Part shown: positions 62,047 through 64,000 of the stretch, one piece after another
Position numbering within the stretch: the first letter of the stretch is position 1
How the letters are laid out: the number at the start of each line of letters is the position of its first letter
Assembly: GCA_030704615.1 (NCBI GenBank)
Contig: CM060732.1
Location: 4,092,001-4,156,000 of the forward strand
Length of the DNA: 64,000 nt
Reading direction: 5' to 3'
Source of the DNA: Takakia lepidozioides
Lineage: Eukaryota; Plantae; Bryophyta
Notes under the pieces: model-generated
Seen by the model: only the letters and a program-made list of their open reading frames with translations
Databases searched by the model: none
Told to the model about the DNA's origin: nothing
Program-made: the position numbers and the translations under genes

Positions 62047-62694
62047 AGCTCGGAGGATGGGGGGGATGAGGGGGATGAGGAAGGAGGAGGGCCAAGTTCC
62101 TCGGAAGGTGTAGGAGAGTAGTTCCCATTCCTGCTATGTCAGTTAGGACACACTTGTATAGACGTGGCTTGCCACAAAATTTGCAATAAAATGTTGCATT
62201 TCATTGCTATGACGAGTCCACATGACCCTATTTCCGTGGACACACAATGGCCCGCTCATGTTTTTTTTTTTTTCCGCTCATGCTCATGCCGCTCATGAAA
62301 TAGCAGCCCCCGGATAGAGCAGGCTTATTCATCAAATAAGCCTGATGAATGAATGAAGTTTTGAGAAGATTTCATCCTGATGGATTAGAGTCGGATGAAA
62401 TATGAAAAACTTCACAAGGATGGATACATTATATTGTAGATAAAAACCCTTTATTACATTAATTTTTTAAATAAAACTCTGGATTTTTTGTGATCATTTT
62501 TTAACAACAACTGGGTGAAAGGATATTGCCCTACCATATTTTCAAAGTAAAACTTTTCTAAAATTTACCTCAAAAAAATAAACTACACCCTATATTTGTT
62601 CTCAAGTGGTTTTGAAAATACGGGGAGTGACCCCCCCAAGGTGGTTGTAGGGGTATCAGGTGGGTGTGTATGGTGGGGTATTGTTTCAAGAGAT

Positions 62695-64000
62695 AAGGAA
62701 GACTCCGGTCGAGGCCGGCGTAACTAAGAGTCATTTCGCCTTGCGGCTACTGCTCCCTTTCGAGGGTGGGCCCTATATAAATATGACAGGTGTCCAGGGG
62801 GCACCAAGTAACCGGGGGTATGAGGTACCTCTGGGTACCCGAGGGTACCCAGGGGTACCAGAGATGGGGTGGATTCGAGTTTCCGCTTATTGGTTATGAT
62901 GGCTGTGAGAGAGCGAAGTGCCGTATTTGGTGCCTACAGAGATGACGGAGAGTGGGCCCATGGCCCACCCTCGTCGGCGAATAGCAAGGATAAGCGGAGC
63001 GTATTTTTGGTGCTTTTCGAGGATAGAGGTGTGCGGGAAGCGGTCGTGGCAGTACGTAAATTCGATGAAGTGTATGATTAGTGGTGGGGTAGGAGTTGAC
63101 AAACACAGGGTCATAGCTAGGATGATACTGTATAGTCTGGGGGTCTACCTTGGTAAGTGCCGCTGGCATTGATGAGTGAGAACTATCTGGTTTCTTTATG
63201 TCGTTGTAATAGTTTGTGGATGTGCCATACAGCTTGATTGTGCCTGGCGATACGAAGGCCATGCAAGACTGGGTGTGAGCATTTACTGAGGATATGTGGC
63301 CAAGTGTCAGATACTGCATGTATATGGGAGCAGATGGGGCAGTGTGGGGATGTAAAAATGGTTGGCCAGAAGGTATGTTTACGCTGGTGCCCCCATATAC
63401 TGGGCGAATCTAAACTTAAGTATTTGATTTGTGCGTCGGAAGCGGCTTTGGTGTGCCAGAAGTGGTTGAACAGTTTATGATGGAGTACTGTGGAGTGTGT
63501 CCATTTTTGGATATGTTGTTTGGTGTGACTGAGAGATGTAGTGGCTTGTTTGTTGGCTTCTTTAGATAGAGTAGAGCGGAGGTTACGAATAGGTTTAGGT
63601 TCGGGGGGGCTTGGAATTGGATGTATTAGCCAGAAAGGATGCGTATGTGCAGTGTGGATGGGGTCTGTGGAGGGTTCTACTGGGGGTTTGGAGGCCCCTA
63701 GTTGGGCAAGGAGGTCAGCCTCCTCGTTCCCGTTGATTCCGGTATGTGAGCGTACTTTAAGAAATTGAATGGGTTGGTTGATTGAGATGGCTAAAGTGAT
63801 GATTGTTGAGATAAGATTACGATCTGGGTGGTGATGGTGGAAGGATGGGCTGGCTATGTGGTTTCGCAAGAGAAAGAGCGAAGTTAAGTTGTCTGTAAAA
63901 ACGTAGTATGGTGAGGGGAATGCGTGTAGCTGGGAGAGGGCTTCGTAGATGGCCATAAGTTCGGCACATAGTATGGTTGCGGGGCCCGGAAGTCGATGGG
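62695..64000 (-). mobile_element. Non-LTR retrotransposon 3' part: RNase H, CCHC knuckle, RLE remnant and 3' UTR (Dualen/RandI-like)
   Basis: AELMAIYEAL..YVFTDNL...FLKVRSHTGINGNEEADLLA (RNase H); CPICSH...DTWPHILSKC..RIARHNQAV; IIHFIEFTYCHDR...EKHQKY. Confidence 0.85.

Noticed and set aside
62341-62402. CTGATGA...GAAA as a hammerhead ribozyme
   Set aside because: No stem II directly between the core boxes and no matching stems I/III with an NUH site

Overview
Repeat-rich eukaryotic nuclear DNA, most likely from a non-seed land plant (inferred from GT-AG introns, PLS-class PPR, OSB, POLAR-like and DUF2921 fragments, and algal/bryophyte-type retroelements). Three apparently intact host genes: an 11-exon RPF1 (9292-14805, +), a 4-exon mitochondrial ribosomal mL54 gene (47664-49070, -), and, head-to-head with it, a small conserved coiled-coil gene (49292-53228, +). 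The rest is nested transposons and gene fragments. The centrepiece is a full-length 12.7-kb CACTA element (25564-38231, TIRs plus AGT target-site duplication) inserted into a Ty3 gag. It carries a Tnp2 transposase and a divergently transcribed, multi-exon TnpA-like gene. That gene appears to fuse a Tyr/Gly/Gln/Pro low-complexity region, a Ptta-like region, an FCP1/SCP-type (NIF) HAD phosphatase domain and a Tnp1/En-Spm-like C-terminus; the element also holds a captured OSB fragment. Other notable items: a truncated, intron-containing beta-class N4C/N6A DNA-methyltransferase-like ORF (61078-62046), Dualen/RandI-like LINE pieces (RNase H, zinc knuckle, RLE) with a conserved structured 3' UTR, a Ty3 integrase ending in a PHD finger, a ~225-nt fold-back, and scrambled PPR, NMD3, OSB, SF1-helicase, DUF2921 and POLAR fragments. 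All family assignments come from recognising motifs by eye; no database search was run.
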